Shown here: positions 23,606 to 32,000 of the stretch, piece after piece
Layout: every line of letters starts with the position of its first letter
Numbering within the stretch: position 1 is the first letter of the stretch
Source: Candidatus Electronema halotolerans
Lineage (GTDB): Bacteria > Desulfobacterota > Desulfobulbia > Desulfobulbales > Desulfobulbaceae
Direction of reading: 5' to 3'
Length of the DNA stretch: 32,000 nucleotides
Assembly: GCA_942493095.1 (NCBI GenBank)
Contig: OW818675.1
Coordinates: 2,670,001-2,702,000 of the forward strand
Position numbers and translations under genes: made by a program
Notes under the pieces: generated by a model
What the model was told of the DNA's origin: nothing
Database searches by the model: none
Seen by the model: only the letters and a program-made list of their open reading frames with translations

Positions 23606-24592
23606 TCAAAAAATATAGCCTTCCTGCTTGTACCACTCGCCAGTGCGCTTCAGGCCCTCGTCCAAGTCAATCTTTGGCTGATAGCCCAGCTCGCGCTTGG
23701 CCTTGCTGATGTCAAAGGCCCGGTTCTGGCGGTACCAATCGACCCGGCGGGGGAAAATCGGCGGGGTGATGTTAAAGGGCTTGCAGGCTTTTTCGCAGAC
23801 ATGCCCGGCCAGCACCAGCGGCCAGACCGGATAGTGAGGAATTTTCACCTCCACGCCAAGTGCTTGCGCAGTTTTCCGCACCAAGGTTTCAATGCTGACA
23901 TATTCCTCATCCGCGATCAGATAGGCTTGGCCGCGTCCTTTGCCCGGCTCCATCGCCAGCATGAAGGCATCAGTCAGATTGTCAATATACAGGGGATGAT
24001 ACAAGGTTTTGCCGCTGCCGAACATCGGAAACACGCCCTTGCTTACCCGCCTGAAGATCATCTGAAAACGCTCCGGGTCGCCAGGGCCGTAGATGGCGGT
24101 CGGGCGGATGATCACCGTGTCCATGCCCTTGACGCAATACTCATTAACTATTGGTTCCGCCTCATATTTGGTCTTCTGGTAATAGTCGGCAGGCTGAATG
24201 GGCGCGTTCTCGTCCGCAGGCGGATTGTCAACATTGCCATGCACGCCGCAGGTGGAGCAGTAAACAAACTTCTTCACCTTGTGGGCAAAAGCGGACTCCA
24301 GCACGATGCGGGTGCCTCCCACGTTCACCTCGTCGTAATAGCTGTTCGGCACGTCCAATTCCCGGAAGGCGGCGGCCAGATGGTGAACCACATCCACGCC
24401 TTCCATGCAGCGTTCCACCACTGCTGGCTCAGTGACGCTGCCGATCACCACCTTGGCCCCCCAGGAGCTGATTTCATCGGTCTTCAATCCTTCCTGATAA
24501 TCCAGGCTGACCACCTTGTGGCCAGCTTCAATCAGCCGTTTGACCAAGGCTTTGCCGGTGAAGCCGGTGCCGCCTGTGACAAGCACTTTCAT
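23606..24592 (-). CDS. NAD-dependent epimerase/dehydratase (extended SDR family)
   Basis: MKVLVTGGTGFTGKALVKRL (GxxGxxG Rossmann motif) and YYQKTKYEAE (YxxxK). ATG 24592 overlaps the cytochrome stop (ATGA). Confidence 0.85.
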   Translation of the reverse strand: MKVLVTGGTGFTGKALVKRLIEAGHKVVSLDYQEGLKTDEISSWGAKVVIGSVTEPAVVERCMEGVDVVHHLAAAFRELDVPNSYYDEVNVGGTRIVLESAFAHKVKKFVYCSTCGVHGNVDNPPADENAPIQPADYYQKTKYEAEPIVNEYCVKGMDTVIIRPTAIYGPGDPERFQMIFRRVSKGVFPMFGSGKTLYHPLYIDNLTDAFMLAMEPGKGRGQAYLIADEEYVSIETLVRKTAQALGVEVKIPHYPVWPLVLAGHVCEKACKPFNITPPIFPRRVDWYRQNRAFDISKAKRELGYQPKIDLDEGLKRTGEWYKQEGYIF

Positions 24593-26085
24593 AATGTTTC
24601 TTTGAGTTGATTTATTCTTTCGGGCAGAACCGGCTGCTGCCGGGCTGACTCATTGTCTTCCGGGCCGGTTTTCTTGTTCAGCAGATGGCGGAAACGCTGC
24701 TCATAAAACAGCCCTGCCGGACCGGTGGTGTGCGGTGTATATGGCAGCAGGCCGTGACCGTTGCCGACGATGTTGTCCAATCCGGCAATGATTTCGCCAT
24801 CCGCGTCAGCAGCGGAAAGATGGAGGTCAAGGATGGGCCGGAAAACCTTGATCACGCCGTCCCTGTCCCGCCGGATCAGCATCTTTTCCCAGCGGCGCAG
24901 ATCATATCCTTTCAGCCAGACACCTGCTTTTTTTCTGCCAGTGAGCGTGTCTGTCATGAAGGGGCTGTACTCCTCTCCATTGAGAAACTGCTCCGCCTCA
25001 AAGCTGGACTGCACGGCCAGCGATTCCCATAGCTCGGTGTCTTCAGAATAACTGAGCAGCAGGTGTGTGCCATGATCATTGAAGCTCCACTGCGCATGGC
25101 AGACCTGACAATCCACCTTGCTCTCATACGTTGCATGAGCAGGATGTCTGAGCGTGGGCACGACATGCTCTTTGCCGTCCTGCCGAGCAGTTAGAATAAG
25201 CTGACCGTCTTCAAGGCGCAGATTTTTCAGCGGCAATGTTCTGCCCGGCTTCGGGGCATGGCAGTCCACGCATTTGACTGCCGCCTGCTGGCCGGAAAGT
25301 TCTGCGCCGCTGTGGCAGTCTATGCAGGTCAGGCCGCGCTGTCGGTGAATGTCTTGGGCCAGATCGTGCTGCTCCACCCCGTAAGGCCGGAGAAAGGGTC
25401 GTGGCGTGGCCTGTGGTGAACGGAAGTCACGGCCATAGTCATGCTCGTGCATCCCGGCAAAATCACTGCCCACGTGATTGCCGTAATGACAGCTCAGGCA
25501 CTGCCGCTCGCCCGGCAAGATAAAAGCATGGCTGTCAAGTTTGCCTTCTGTTTTGTCCAGATGGCAGGCAGCGCAGCCCGTGCCGCGCCGGACATAAGGA
25601 TAATTATCTCCAGCCGTATAAACATGGCAGCGCAGGCAGCGGCGGCGGAGCAGATCGTCAACCAGCTCCTCTTTGTTCTGAGGCGGGCCGTTGCGGTCAG
25701 GAATTTTCGTCAGTCCGGCCAAAGGGGCAAGCCCGAAATGGCTGCAAATCAAGTTGACTTCATTTTTCAGCGTGAAATGCGCAGACTGAGCGCAGTTTTC
25801 CGCCTGCCGCGCATGGCATTTGCCGCAGACAGCAGCCATATTTTCAGGGGCAGCGGGTTGGACAATCAAGCCTGCATGAGCCGCATTTTTTTCACTGGCA
25901 CTGCCGCTGCCCTGATGACATTCTGTGCAGGCAAGGTCATGCCTGTTGTCCAAGCGGATGTCGGTGTGATAGCCTTTACAGCCGGATTTAGGGGCAGAAC
26001 GGACTTGTTTGACAGTGTTTTCTTCTTTGCAGCCCGTCATCGCGAAAAGCAGCAGGCCAGCCGCCAGCAGAAAAATTGTTTTCAT
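24589..26085 (-). CDS. octahaem c-type cytochrome, probable lipoprotein
   Basis: Signal peptide plus lipobox-like MKTIFLLAAGLLLFAMTGC. Eight CxxCH motifs (CTECH, CGKCH, CLRCH, CAACH, CLSCH, CIDCH, CVDCH, CQVCH). The last ~170 aa carry no haem motif. Confidence 0.88.
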   Translation of the reverse strand: MKTIFLLAAGLLLFAMTGCKEENTVKQVRSAPKSGCKGYHTDIRLDNRHDLACTECHQGSGSASEKNAAHAGLIVQPAAPENMAAVCGKCHARQAENCAQSAHFTLKNEVNLICSHFGLAPLAGLTKIPDRNGPPQNKEELVDDLLRRRCLRCHVYTAGDNYPYVRRGTGCAACHLDKTEGKLDSHAFILPGERQCLSCHYGNHVGSDFAGMHEHDYGRDFRSPQATPRPFLRPYGVEQHDLAQDIHRQRGLTCIDCHSGAELSGQQAAVKCVDCHAPKPGRTLPLKNLRLEDGQLILTARQDGKEHVVPTLRHPAHATYESKVDCQVCHAQWSFNDHGTHLLLSYSEDTELWESLAVQSSFEAEQFLNGEEYSPFMTDTLTGRKKAGVWLKGYDLRRWEKMLIRRDRDGVIKVFRPILDLHLSAADADGEIIAGLDNIVGNGHGLLPYTPHTTGPAGLFYEQRFRHLLNKKTGPEDNESARQQPVLPERINQLKETL

Positions 26086-26086
26086 C

Positions 26087-26116
26087 TTGACAACTATAGC
26101 ATGAACCTGCTACATA
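26087..26116 (+). promoter_or_regulatory. candidate sigma70-type promoter for tRNA-Thr
   Basis: TTGACA (26087-26092), N18, TACATA (26111-26116), 45 nt upstream of the tRNA 5' end in the divergent gap with the cytochrome gene. The -35 is perfect and the -10 is weak. Sequence match only. Confidence 0.3.
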
Positions 26117-26161
26117 GAAAAGTCCAGATTGCGCAGGCCGTTCCTGACCTGCGGCAGACGG

Positions 26162-26237
<76 letters not shown>

Positions 26238-26485
26238 TCCTGTGTTTTTCTTGGCTGCTTGATCACGGCGCAATTTTTTTCTGATTGACGGTGTTTTTTC
26301 TTGACTTTTTTTTGAAAAAGTTGGATACATGACATCATGACTTGTTGTCACAAAGGTGAGATTGTGACCGAGTCAGCTCGAAAAAATGGCAGCAGAGGAG
26401 GGGAACGCATGACTTGAGGATGTTTTGAGGCAGGGTGTTTTATCTTCTCATATCAAACAAGTGGTTTAAACAAAGGAGTGATTTC

Positions 26486-27076
26486 ATGAGGCTTAAAAAT
26501 TTTTTCATTGCTGCTTCCGCAGCATTTCTACTGATCACGGTGCAGCAAGCCGCTGCGCAACAAGGTCAACCGCCTATGGAGCAACAGCTTCTCCATGCTG
26601 AAAGAGAATATTGGCGGGCCGCCATGTATTTAGCTGATTTGCAGCGGGAAATGGATGATGCTAAAAAAAGCGGTGACTGGAGTGCATACAAAGAGGCAAG
26701 AAAGTTACGCAAGGCCTTTGAAAAAGGTGCATTCAAACAACTCGAAAAAGCCTATAAAGAGGCACAAAAAGGCAATTATATCTGGATTCCAGTGCCAGGA
26801 TGGAATCCGTGGGGAAACAATCCGGGACAACCTGGGCAGGGCGGTGTATGCGATAGAGATCCCGGCCCATGCCTAAAGTGCGAAAATGGCTTTATTGTCC
26901 CAGATGATGGCGACAATCCGAAAAAAAGATGCTATCAGTGCTCAGGTGGTGTAGCCGTGCAGGCCAACGGATATCCCTGCAATGATTACAATCCTTCGAC
27001 ACAAAATGATGTCTGTCGGAACGGGAAGTGCAAAGGCACACCTTTCACCCCGGTCTCTCCTAGCTTGCCCTTCTGA
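26486..27076 (+). CDS. small secreted protein: helical Lys/Glu-rich N-half, Gly/Pro linker, 8-Cys C-terminal module (hypothetical)
   Basis: Track ORF trimmed to ATG 26486, which has AAGGAG 7 nt upstream. MRLKNFFIAASAAFLLITVQQAAAQQ is a signal peptide. The C-terminus VCDRDPGPCLKCENG...RCYQCSGG...PCNDYNPSTQNDVCRNGKCKG has 8 Cys. A strong terminator follows. Lower GC than its neighbours. Confidence 0.7.
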   Translation: MRLKNFFIAASAAFLLITVQQAAAQQGQPPMEQQLLHAEREYWRAAMYLADLQREMDDAKKSGDWSAYKEARKLRKAFEKGAFKQLEKAYKEAQKGNYIWIPVPGWNPWGNNPGQPGQGGVCDRDPGPCLKCENGFIVPDDGDNPKKRCYQCSGGVAVQANGYPCNDYNPSTQNDVCRNGKCKGTPFTPVSPSLPF

Positions 27077-27132
27077 TCAACTGAATGCCAAGGGAAACCG
27101 AGGCAGACAAGCGGCATAAAACTGATGGATGC

Positions 27133-27171
27133 AACAGAGAAGCGGAGATATTCCGTTTCTCTGTTTTTTTT
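27133..27171 (+). terminator. rho-independent terminator
   Basis: AACAGAGAAGCGGA-gatat-TCCGTTTCTCTGTT (14-bp stem with one G-U, 5-nt loop) running into a T8 tract (27164-27171), 57 nt after the stop at 27076. Confidence 0.8.
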
Positions 27172-27214
27172 ATTGTCAACTCAATATCCGCTTCCAGCCT
27201 GCTGATTTTTTTTC

Positions 27215-28027
27215 ATGCGCCGTTTTTTCTACGACCCAGCTCAAGAAAGCGATGGCCATCTGCTGATTGAAGGCGCAGAGGCGCATCACATCAGCACTGT
27301 GCTGCGGCTGCGCCTTGGTGAGACAGCGGAGCTGCTGGACGGCGCAGGCCGGGTGTTGACCGGCCAGATTGAGCGAATCAGCGCGGACAGGGTGCTGTTC
27401 CGCATTCTCAGCCGCCGCCAAGAGCCGGAAAGCCGCAGTCCATTGACCTTGGCAGCGGCTCTGCTCAAAGGCAAAAAGATGGACCTGCTTGTCCAGAAGG
27501 CGACAGAGCTTGGGGTTCACCATTTTATTCCGGTCATCACCCGCTACTGCGAGCCGCAGGGCCGGGATAAACATGCCGCCGACCGCTGGCAGCGGATCAT
27601 GCTGGAAGCCTGCAAGCAGTGCGGACGGCCTTGGTTGATGCGGATCAGCACGCCGCTGCCCCTGCATGAGCTGGAGATTCCAGCGGACAGTTTGAAAATC
27701 ATGCCGTGGGAAAGAGAAACAGCTTGCTCTTTTTCCGATATTACAATGCAAGCCGGGCAGCCTGCGCTGCTGCTGATCGGGCCGGAAGGCGGCTTTCATC
27801 CGCAAGAAGTTGACTTTGCCAAGCAATGCGGCTTCAGAACCGTCTCGCTCGGCCCCAGAATCCTGCGGGCGGAAACCGCCGCCCTGACTGCTGCAGTGCT
27901 GGTCCAGAACGGCTTGGGCAATCTCGCCCCTGCGCCAGAACATCATTTCACACCTGACAATGGCCCTGAGAAAGATAATCACCCATCCTCATCCGGTGCT
28001 GCGGGAGAAAGCAGCGGAAATCAATGA
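27215..28027 (+). CDS. rsmE: 16S rRNA (uracil1498-N3)-methyltransferase
   Basis: MRRFFYDPAQ...GHLLIEGAEAHHISTVLRLRLGE (PUA-like N-terminus), LLIGPEGGF, RAETAAL (SPOUT knot strings). The non-conserved 3' tail overlaps def by 68 nt. Confidence 0.85.
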   Translation: MRRFFYDPAQESDGHLLIEGAEAHHISTVLRLRLGETAELLDGAGRVLTGQIERISADRVLFRILSRRQEPESRSPLTLAAALLKGKKMDLLVQKATELGVHHFIPVITRYCEPQGRDKHAADRWQRIMLEACKQCGRPWLMRISTPLPLHELEIPADSLKIMPWERETACSFSDITMQAGQPALLLIGPEGGFHPQEVDFAKQCGFRTVSLGPRILRAETAALTAAVLVQNGLGNLAPAPEHHFTPDNGPEKDNHPSSSGAAGESSGNQ

Positions 28028-28469
28028 ATTCGATGACAGCCTCCGGCAGCTTGCCAAGGACATGGCGGAAACCATGTATCATGCGCCGGGCGTGGGGCTG
28101 GCCGGCAATCAGATCGGCATTGCCCAGCAAATTATCGTGGTTGACATTTCCAGCAAAGAAGATGAGCGAAAACACATTGTCCTGATCAATCCAGTGCTTT
28201 CTGAAGGCCAAGGCTGCGAGAGCGGCAACGAGGGCTGCCTGAGCGTGCTTGAATATGATGCCAAAGTGGAGCGCTTCACAAAAATTCGCGTCCAAGCCAA
28301 AAATCTGGACGGCAAGGAGCTGGACTTCATTGCTGAAGACCGCTTGGCCCGGATCATCCAGCACGAGGTTGACCATCTGCGCGGCATCCTCTTTATTGAC
28401 CGAATCAGCAGGCTCAAGCAGGATTTGTACAAGCGGAAGCTGAAAAAAATTCTCAACCGGAATACGTGA
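27960..28469 (+). CDS. def: peptide deformylase
   Basis: The three PDF motifs: GVGLAGNQIG, EGCLS, QHEVDHLRG. The N-terminus MALRKIITHPHPVLREKA is typical. Confidence 0.95.
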   Translation: MALRKIITHPHPVLREKAAEINEFDDSLRQLAKDMAETMYHAPGVGLAGNQIGIAQQIIVVDISSKEDERKHIVLINPVLSEGQGCESGNEGCLSVLEYDAKVERFTKIRVQAKNLDGKELDFIAEDRLARIIQHEVDHLRGILFIDRISRLKQDLYKRKLKKILNRNT

Positions 28470-28478
28470 CAAGGCCGG

Positions 28479-29762
28479 ATGCAGCAGTCTGAACACGATT
28501 TTCTTGCCTTTGACCGCCAGCATCTCTGGCATCCCTACACTTCGATGACCGCGCCGCTGCCAGTGCATCTGGCAGCCTCAGCCAGCGGAGTGCGGCTCAG
28601 GCTGGCCGATGGCCGGGAGCTGATCGACGGCATGTCTTCGTGGTGGGCGGCGATCCACGGCTACAATCATCCGGTGCTCAATGCCGCTCTCCGCGCCCAA
28701 GCCGAGAAAATGGCTCATGTCATGTTCGGCGGCCTGACTCATGAGCCTGCCATTGAACTGTGCCAGCTTCTGCTGGAGATTGTTCCAGCCGGATTGGACA
28801 AGGTCTTTCTCTGCGATTCCGGCTCAGTCTCGGTCGAGGTGGCGATGAAAATGGCCCTGCAATATCAGCAGGCCAGAGGCTTGCCGGAAAAAAACCGCTT
28901 CCTCACCGTGCGCGGCGGGTATCATGGCGACACCTTTCATGCCATGTCGGTCTGCGATCCGGTCACAGGAATGCACAGCCTGTTCAGCCGCGCCCTGCCA
29001 AAGCAGCTTTTTGCCCCCCGCCCGCAATGCCGTTTCGGTGCGGACTGGCAGCCGGAGGACATTGCCGAGCTGGCGGCCCTGCTTGCTGCGCATCATAGCG
29101 AAATCGCGGCAGTCATCATCGAGCCGATTGTCCAAGGCGCGGGCGGGATGTGGTTTTATCATCCTCAGTATCTGCGCCAGCTACGCCAGCTCTGCGACCA
29201 GCATGACGCGCTGCTGATTTTTGACGAAATCGCCACTGGTTTTGGCCGCACGGGCAAAATGTTCGCTGCTGAACATGCCGGGGTCAGCCCGGATATTCTC
29301 TGTCTGGGCAAGGCCTTGACTGGCGGGTGCATGACGCTGGCCGCCGCGCTTTGCACAGACAGCGTGGCCCGCGCCATCTGCCAAGGAGAGCCGGGCCTGT
29401 TCATGCACGGCCCGACCTTCATGGCCAATCCTTTAGCCTGCGCAGTGGCGGCGGCTTCCATCAAGCTGCTCCTGCAAACAGACTGGCAGGAGAAAATCCA
29501 CGCGATTGAAGCGCAGTTACGGCAGGAGCTGGAACCAGCCCGGAACATAAACAATGTTGCAGACGTGCGGGTGCTGGGGGCCATTGGCGTGCTTGAACTG
29601 CGCCAGCCGGTTGACATGGCTGCGCTCCAGCAATTTTTTATTGCCCAAGGAGTGTGGATCCGGCCTTTTGGCCGTTTAATCTATCTGATGCCGCCCTATA
29701 TCATCAACACTGCGGAGCTGACCGCGCTGACGCAGGCGGCTCTGCTGGCCGCTTCCTCTTGA
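28479..29762 (+). CDS. bioA: adenosylmethionine-8-amino-7-oxononanoate aminotransferase
   Basis: 427-aa [54 protein letters not shown] (PLP-Lys region). These are typical BioA class III aminotransferase strings. Confidence 0.92.
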   Translation: MQQSEHDFLAFDRQHLWHPYTSMTAPLPVHLAASASGVRLRLADGRELIDGMSSWWAAIHGYNHPVLNAALRAQAEKMAHVMFGGLTHEPAIELCQLLLEIVPAGLDKVFLCDSGSVSVEVAMKMALQYQQARGLPEKNRFLTVRGGYHGDTFHAMSVCDPVTGMHSLFSRALPKQLFAPRPQCRFGADWQPEDIAELAALLAAHHSEIAAVIIEPIVQGAGGMWFYHPQYLRQLRQLCDQHDALLIFDEIATGFGRTGKMFAAEHAGVSPDILCLGKALTGGCMTLAAALCTDSVARAICQGEPGLFMHGPTFMANPLACAVAAASIKLLLQTDWQEKIHAIEAQLRQELEPARNINNVADVRVLGAIGVLELRQPVDMAALQQFFIAQGVWIRPFGRLIYLMPPYIINTAELTALTQAALLAASS

Positions 29763-29843
29763 ACAGAAGCGGCAAATCTTGTATGATTAAAGATTTCTTG
29801 CAAAAGTCTCTCCATTCTATCCCTTCAGCAAACGGCAGGCATC

Positions 29844-30233
29844 GTGAACACAGGCATACGCAACTTCACCCGTATCAACTTCGATCATACGGTGCGGCTG
29901 GATTTCGGACAAAAGCAGTACGATCAGCAAAGCATCTGCAATCTCAGCCTGGGCGGCATCTGCATCAAAGGGCAGTTTGCGCAGAAAAAAGGCGACCGAT
30001 GCGCAATAGAGCTGCATAAAAGCGAGGACATGCTGCTGCCTGTGGAATTCCGGGCCAAAGGTGTGGTCGCGTGGGTGAGCAGCGACCGCATGGCCATTCA
30101 ATTCACGGAGATGGAGCATGAGAGCCTGATTTTTCTTCAGACTGCTCTGCTGTATCAGGCTGATGACCCGATGCTGCTGGGCACGGAATTTGGTCGGGAT
30201 GTGTCCTTTCAGGTGGTGGAGCAGGACGACTGA
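29844..30233 (+). CDS. PilZ domain protein (probable c-di-GMP receptor)
   Basis: 129-aa ORF, GTG start; there is no in-frame ATG between the upstream stop (29784) and 29844. RNFTRINF (RxxxR) and NLSLGGICIKG ((D/N)xSxxG) are the two PilZ motifs. Confidence 0.75.
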   Translation: MNTGIRNFTRINFDHTVRLDFGQKQYDQQSICNLSLGGICIKGQFAQKKGDRCAIELHKSEDMLLPVEFRAKGVVAWVSSDRMAIQFTEMEHESLIFLQTALLYQADDPMLLGTEFGRDVSFQVVEQDD

Positions 30234-30236
30234 GGC

Positions 30237-31325
30237 TTACTGCTTCCTGACAATCGCCATTGCATCGCCGTAGCTGAAAAAGCGGTAGTTCTGTGCCACC
30301 GCCTCAGCGTAGGCGGCCAGAATCCGTTCCCGCCCGGCCAAGGCTGAAACCAGAAAAAGCAGCGATGAGCAGGGCAGGTGAAAATTGGTGATCAGATTAT
30401 CCACCGCTTTGAAGCGATAGCCCGGATAGATGTAGAGGCCGCAGAGTCCTTGGGTCGGCTGAACAAGGCCTGTCTCATCCGCAGCAAATTCAAGGGTGCG
30501 GGCCGTGGTCGTGCCCACTGCCCAAATCCTGCGGCCAGCCTGCCGGGCCGCATTGACCGCCTCGGCAGTCTCTTCTGGAACGCGGACAAATTCCTGATGA
30601 ATCTGATGCTCGCGAATGTCGCGGTGCCGCACCGGGGCAAAGGTGCCGTAGCCGACATGCAGAGTCACGGCAGCCTGCCTGATTCCTTTTTCCTCCAGCT
30701 CCGCCAAAAGCTGCCGACTGAAATGCAGCCCGGCAGTAGGCGCGGCCACTGAGCCAAGCTGCTGCGCATATTCGGTCTGATACCGCTGCGCATCCGCCGC
30801 TGTGCTGCCTGCGGGCCGCCGGATGTAGGGCGGCAGGGGTAGCTGGCCGTGCTGGTCAAGCAGCTGGGCAAGATCAGCCATTGGCGGGTGCAGCAGCCTG
30901 ACCCTGACCTTGCCATCCGGCAGCAGCTCCTCAACGCGGGCTTGGAGATCATCAGCAAAATGCAGACGGCTGCCACGCTTGGGCCGTTTGGAACTCCTGA
31001 GCAGAGCCAAGGCCGTTGCCTCGCCCAGCCTGTTGCTCTCTGGAAAATGAAGCAGAAGCAGCTCCACCTTGCCGCCAGTGTCTTTTGTGCCAAAAAGGCG
31101 GGCCGGAAAGACCTTGCTGTTGTTGACCACAAGCAGATCGCCGGGCCGGAGCAGATCGCCTGCATCGGCAAAACAGCTGTGCCGGAGCGTGTCCTCGACG
31201 CAGTCAATAATCAGCAGCCGGGACTGGTCGCGCTGATCAGCAGGCTGCTGGGCAATCAGACGCTCCGGCAGAGGATAGTCGTAGGACGAGAGGCGGAACT
31301 GCGCCTCCGGGATATGTTCTGGCAT
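30237..31325 (-). CDS. queA: S-adenosylmethionine:tRNA ribosyltransferase-isomerase
   Basis: 362-aa ORF. YDYPLPERLIAQQPADQRDQSRLL, ...GSVAAPTAGLHF..., VGTTTARTLE, FFSYGDAM. These are canonical QueA strings. Confidence 0.93.
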   Translation of the reverse strand: MPEHIPEAQFRLSSYDYPLPERLIAQQPADQRDQSRLLIIDCVEDTLRHSCFADAGDLLRPGDLLVVNNSKVFPARLFGTKDTGGKVELLLLHFPESNRLGEATALALLRSSKRPKRGSRLHFADDLQARVEELLPDGKVRVRLLHPPMADLAQLLDQHGQLPLPPYIRRPAGSTAADAQRYQTEYAQQLGSVAAPTAGLHFSRQLLAELEEKGIRQAAVTLHVGYGTFAPVRHRDIREHQIHQEFVRVPEETAEAVNAARQAGRRIWAVGTTTARTLEFAADETGLVQPTQGLCGLYIYPGYRFKAVDNLITNFHLPCSSLLFLVSALAGRERILAAYAEAVAQNYRFFSYGDAMAIVRKQ

Positions 31326-31388
31326 AAATCTGCTAAGATAAAGAACCGCTGCCGGGGACTCTCGGCAGCGGCTGGGAAGGAAGGCGGC

Positions 31389-32000
31389 TCAGAGCTGGGA
31401 ATCGTTGTAAGGGTTGCCGGGATAAATCGCTTCCGGCGCAGCGGGTCGGTATTCCGGCAGATACGGCCTGTCAAAGGTGATCTCACTGTCATCGCAGAAC
31501 GGAGCGCAGCTTTCTGTCTTGCTGCTTTCAACCTTGACCTTGCTTTTCGACCTGCCGTCAGCATCTGTGACCACAGAGATGTTGATCTTGGTTTCTGTGC
31601 GGTTGGCTGACTTGTTCACAGACGGTCGCACCTTCTTTTTCATGATCTCAATGCTGCGGCCTGTCCATGCGCTGGCGCAGCAGCTGTCCAAGGTGCGGCA
31701 GGAAATTGTCTGCCAGCCAAGATCATGAAAGCGGAAAGGGACATTCATCTCCTGTCCCGGCCTCACCCAGCCGGAATCATACGGATTGCTGTAATTCCAA
31801 TCAGAGCCGGAGGCCACGCACTGCACTCGCACATATCCACCTTGACGGCAGATGCCTGCGGTGACAGGAATGTCAATTGACCTGTCAAGCCGGGCTGCGC
31901 GGGGATGCTCGCTGACTAAGGGGCGGCCCAAGCCTTGGCCTGCGGGATATTTTTCAGGTTCAGGATAGGGAGAGGTTTCTTGGACATAGCCGAGAATCTG
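31389..32000 (-). CDS. hypothetical protein, partial (N-terminus probably beyond the right window edge)
   Basis: The track start at 31931 is a TTG. The same frame stays open for the remaining 23 codons to position 32000 (QILGYVQETSPYPEPEKYPAGQG...). I recognise no domain. It has several Cys and a Lys-rich segment. Confidence 0.5.
   Translation of the reverse strand, partial: QILGYVQETSPYPEPEKYPAGQGLGRPLVSEHPRAARLDRSIDIPVTAGICRQGGYVRVQCVASGSDWNYSNPYDSGWVRPGQEMNVPFRFHDLGWQTISCRTLDSCCASAWTGRSIEIMKKKVRPSVNKSANRTETKINISVVTDADGRSKSKVKVESSKTESCAPFCDDSEITFDRPYLPEYRPAAPEAIYPGNPYNDSQL

Noticed and set aside
27176-28568. Minus-strand ORFs 27176-27982 (268 aa) and 27948-28568 (206 aa)
   Set aside because: They are antisense to rsmE and def/bioA, all of which carry canonical family motifs on the plus strand.

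Overview
Bacterial chromosomal window, roughly 90% coding. The gene content (octahaem lipoprotein cytochrome, ablAB, holB-PSP1 pair, mid-50s % GC by eye) suggests a Desulfobacterota-like Gram-negative, but that is a guess. Positions 1-26085 are transcribed only on the minus strand, 26162-30233 on the plus strand, then minus again. Core genes: lysS, joined in one tight unit with ablA-ablB (N-epsilon-acetyl-beta-lysine osmolyte pathway); a MetE-like protein; rlmD; glgB; a PSP1/RicT-like gene; holB; tRNA-Arg(TCG); an SDR epimerase translationally coupled to an octahaem c-type cytochrome; tRNA-Thr(CGT); rsmE-def-bioA; a PilZ protein; queA. Four things stand out. (1) One 7,686-nt gene (24% of the window) encodes a 2,561-aa coiled-coil protein with an N-terminal signal/anchor, a TSP3-like motif and a C-terminal OmpA peptidoglycan-binding domain. 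It is built from near-identical in-frame 558/516-nt and 180-nt tandem repeats. (2) An unannotated array of eight exactly phased 23-bp iteron-like repeats lies between tRNA-Arg and holB. (3) A lower-GC islet sits at the 3' end of lysS, bounded by a decayed second copy of the lysS 3' end. It carries a translationally coupled RusA-like + PD-(D/E)xK-HEPN gene pair, a candidate uncharacterised defence/toxin module. Just outside the remnant lie an orphan HicB-like gene and a secreted metzincin. (4) A second AT-rich islet holds vapB-vapC, a membrane protein and a decayed AlbA_2-type gene. I recognised no rRNA, CRISPR, integrase or transposase. In the supplied ORF track, M can stand for GTG/TTG starts, so I moved several starts to better-supported ATGs.
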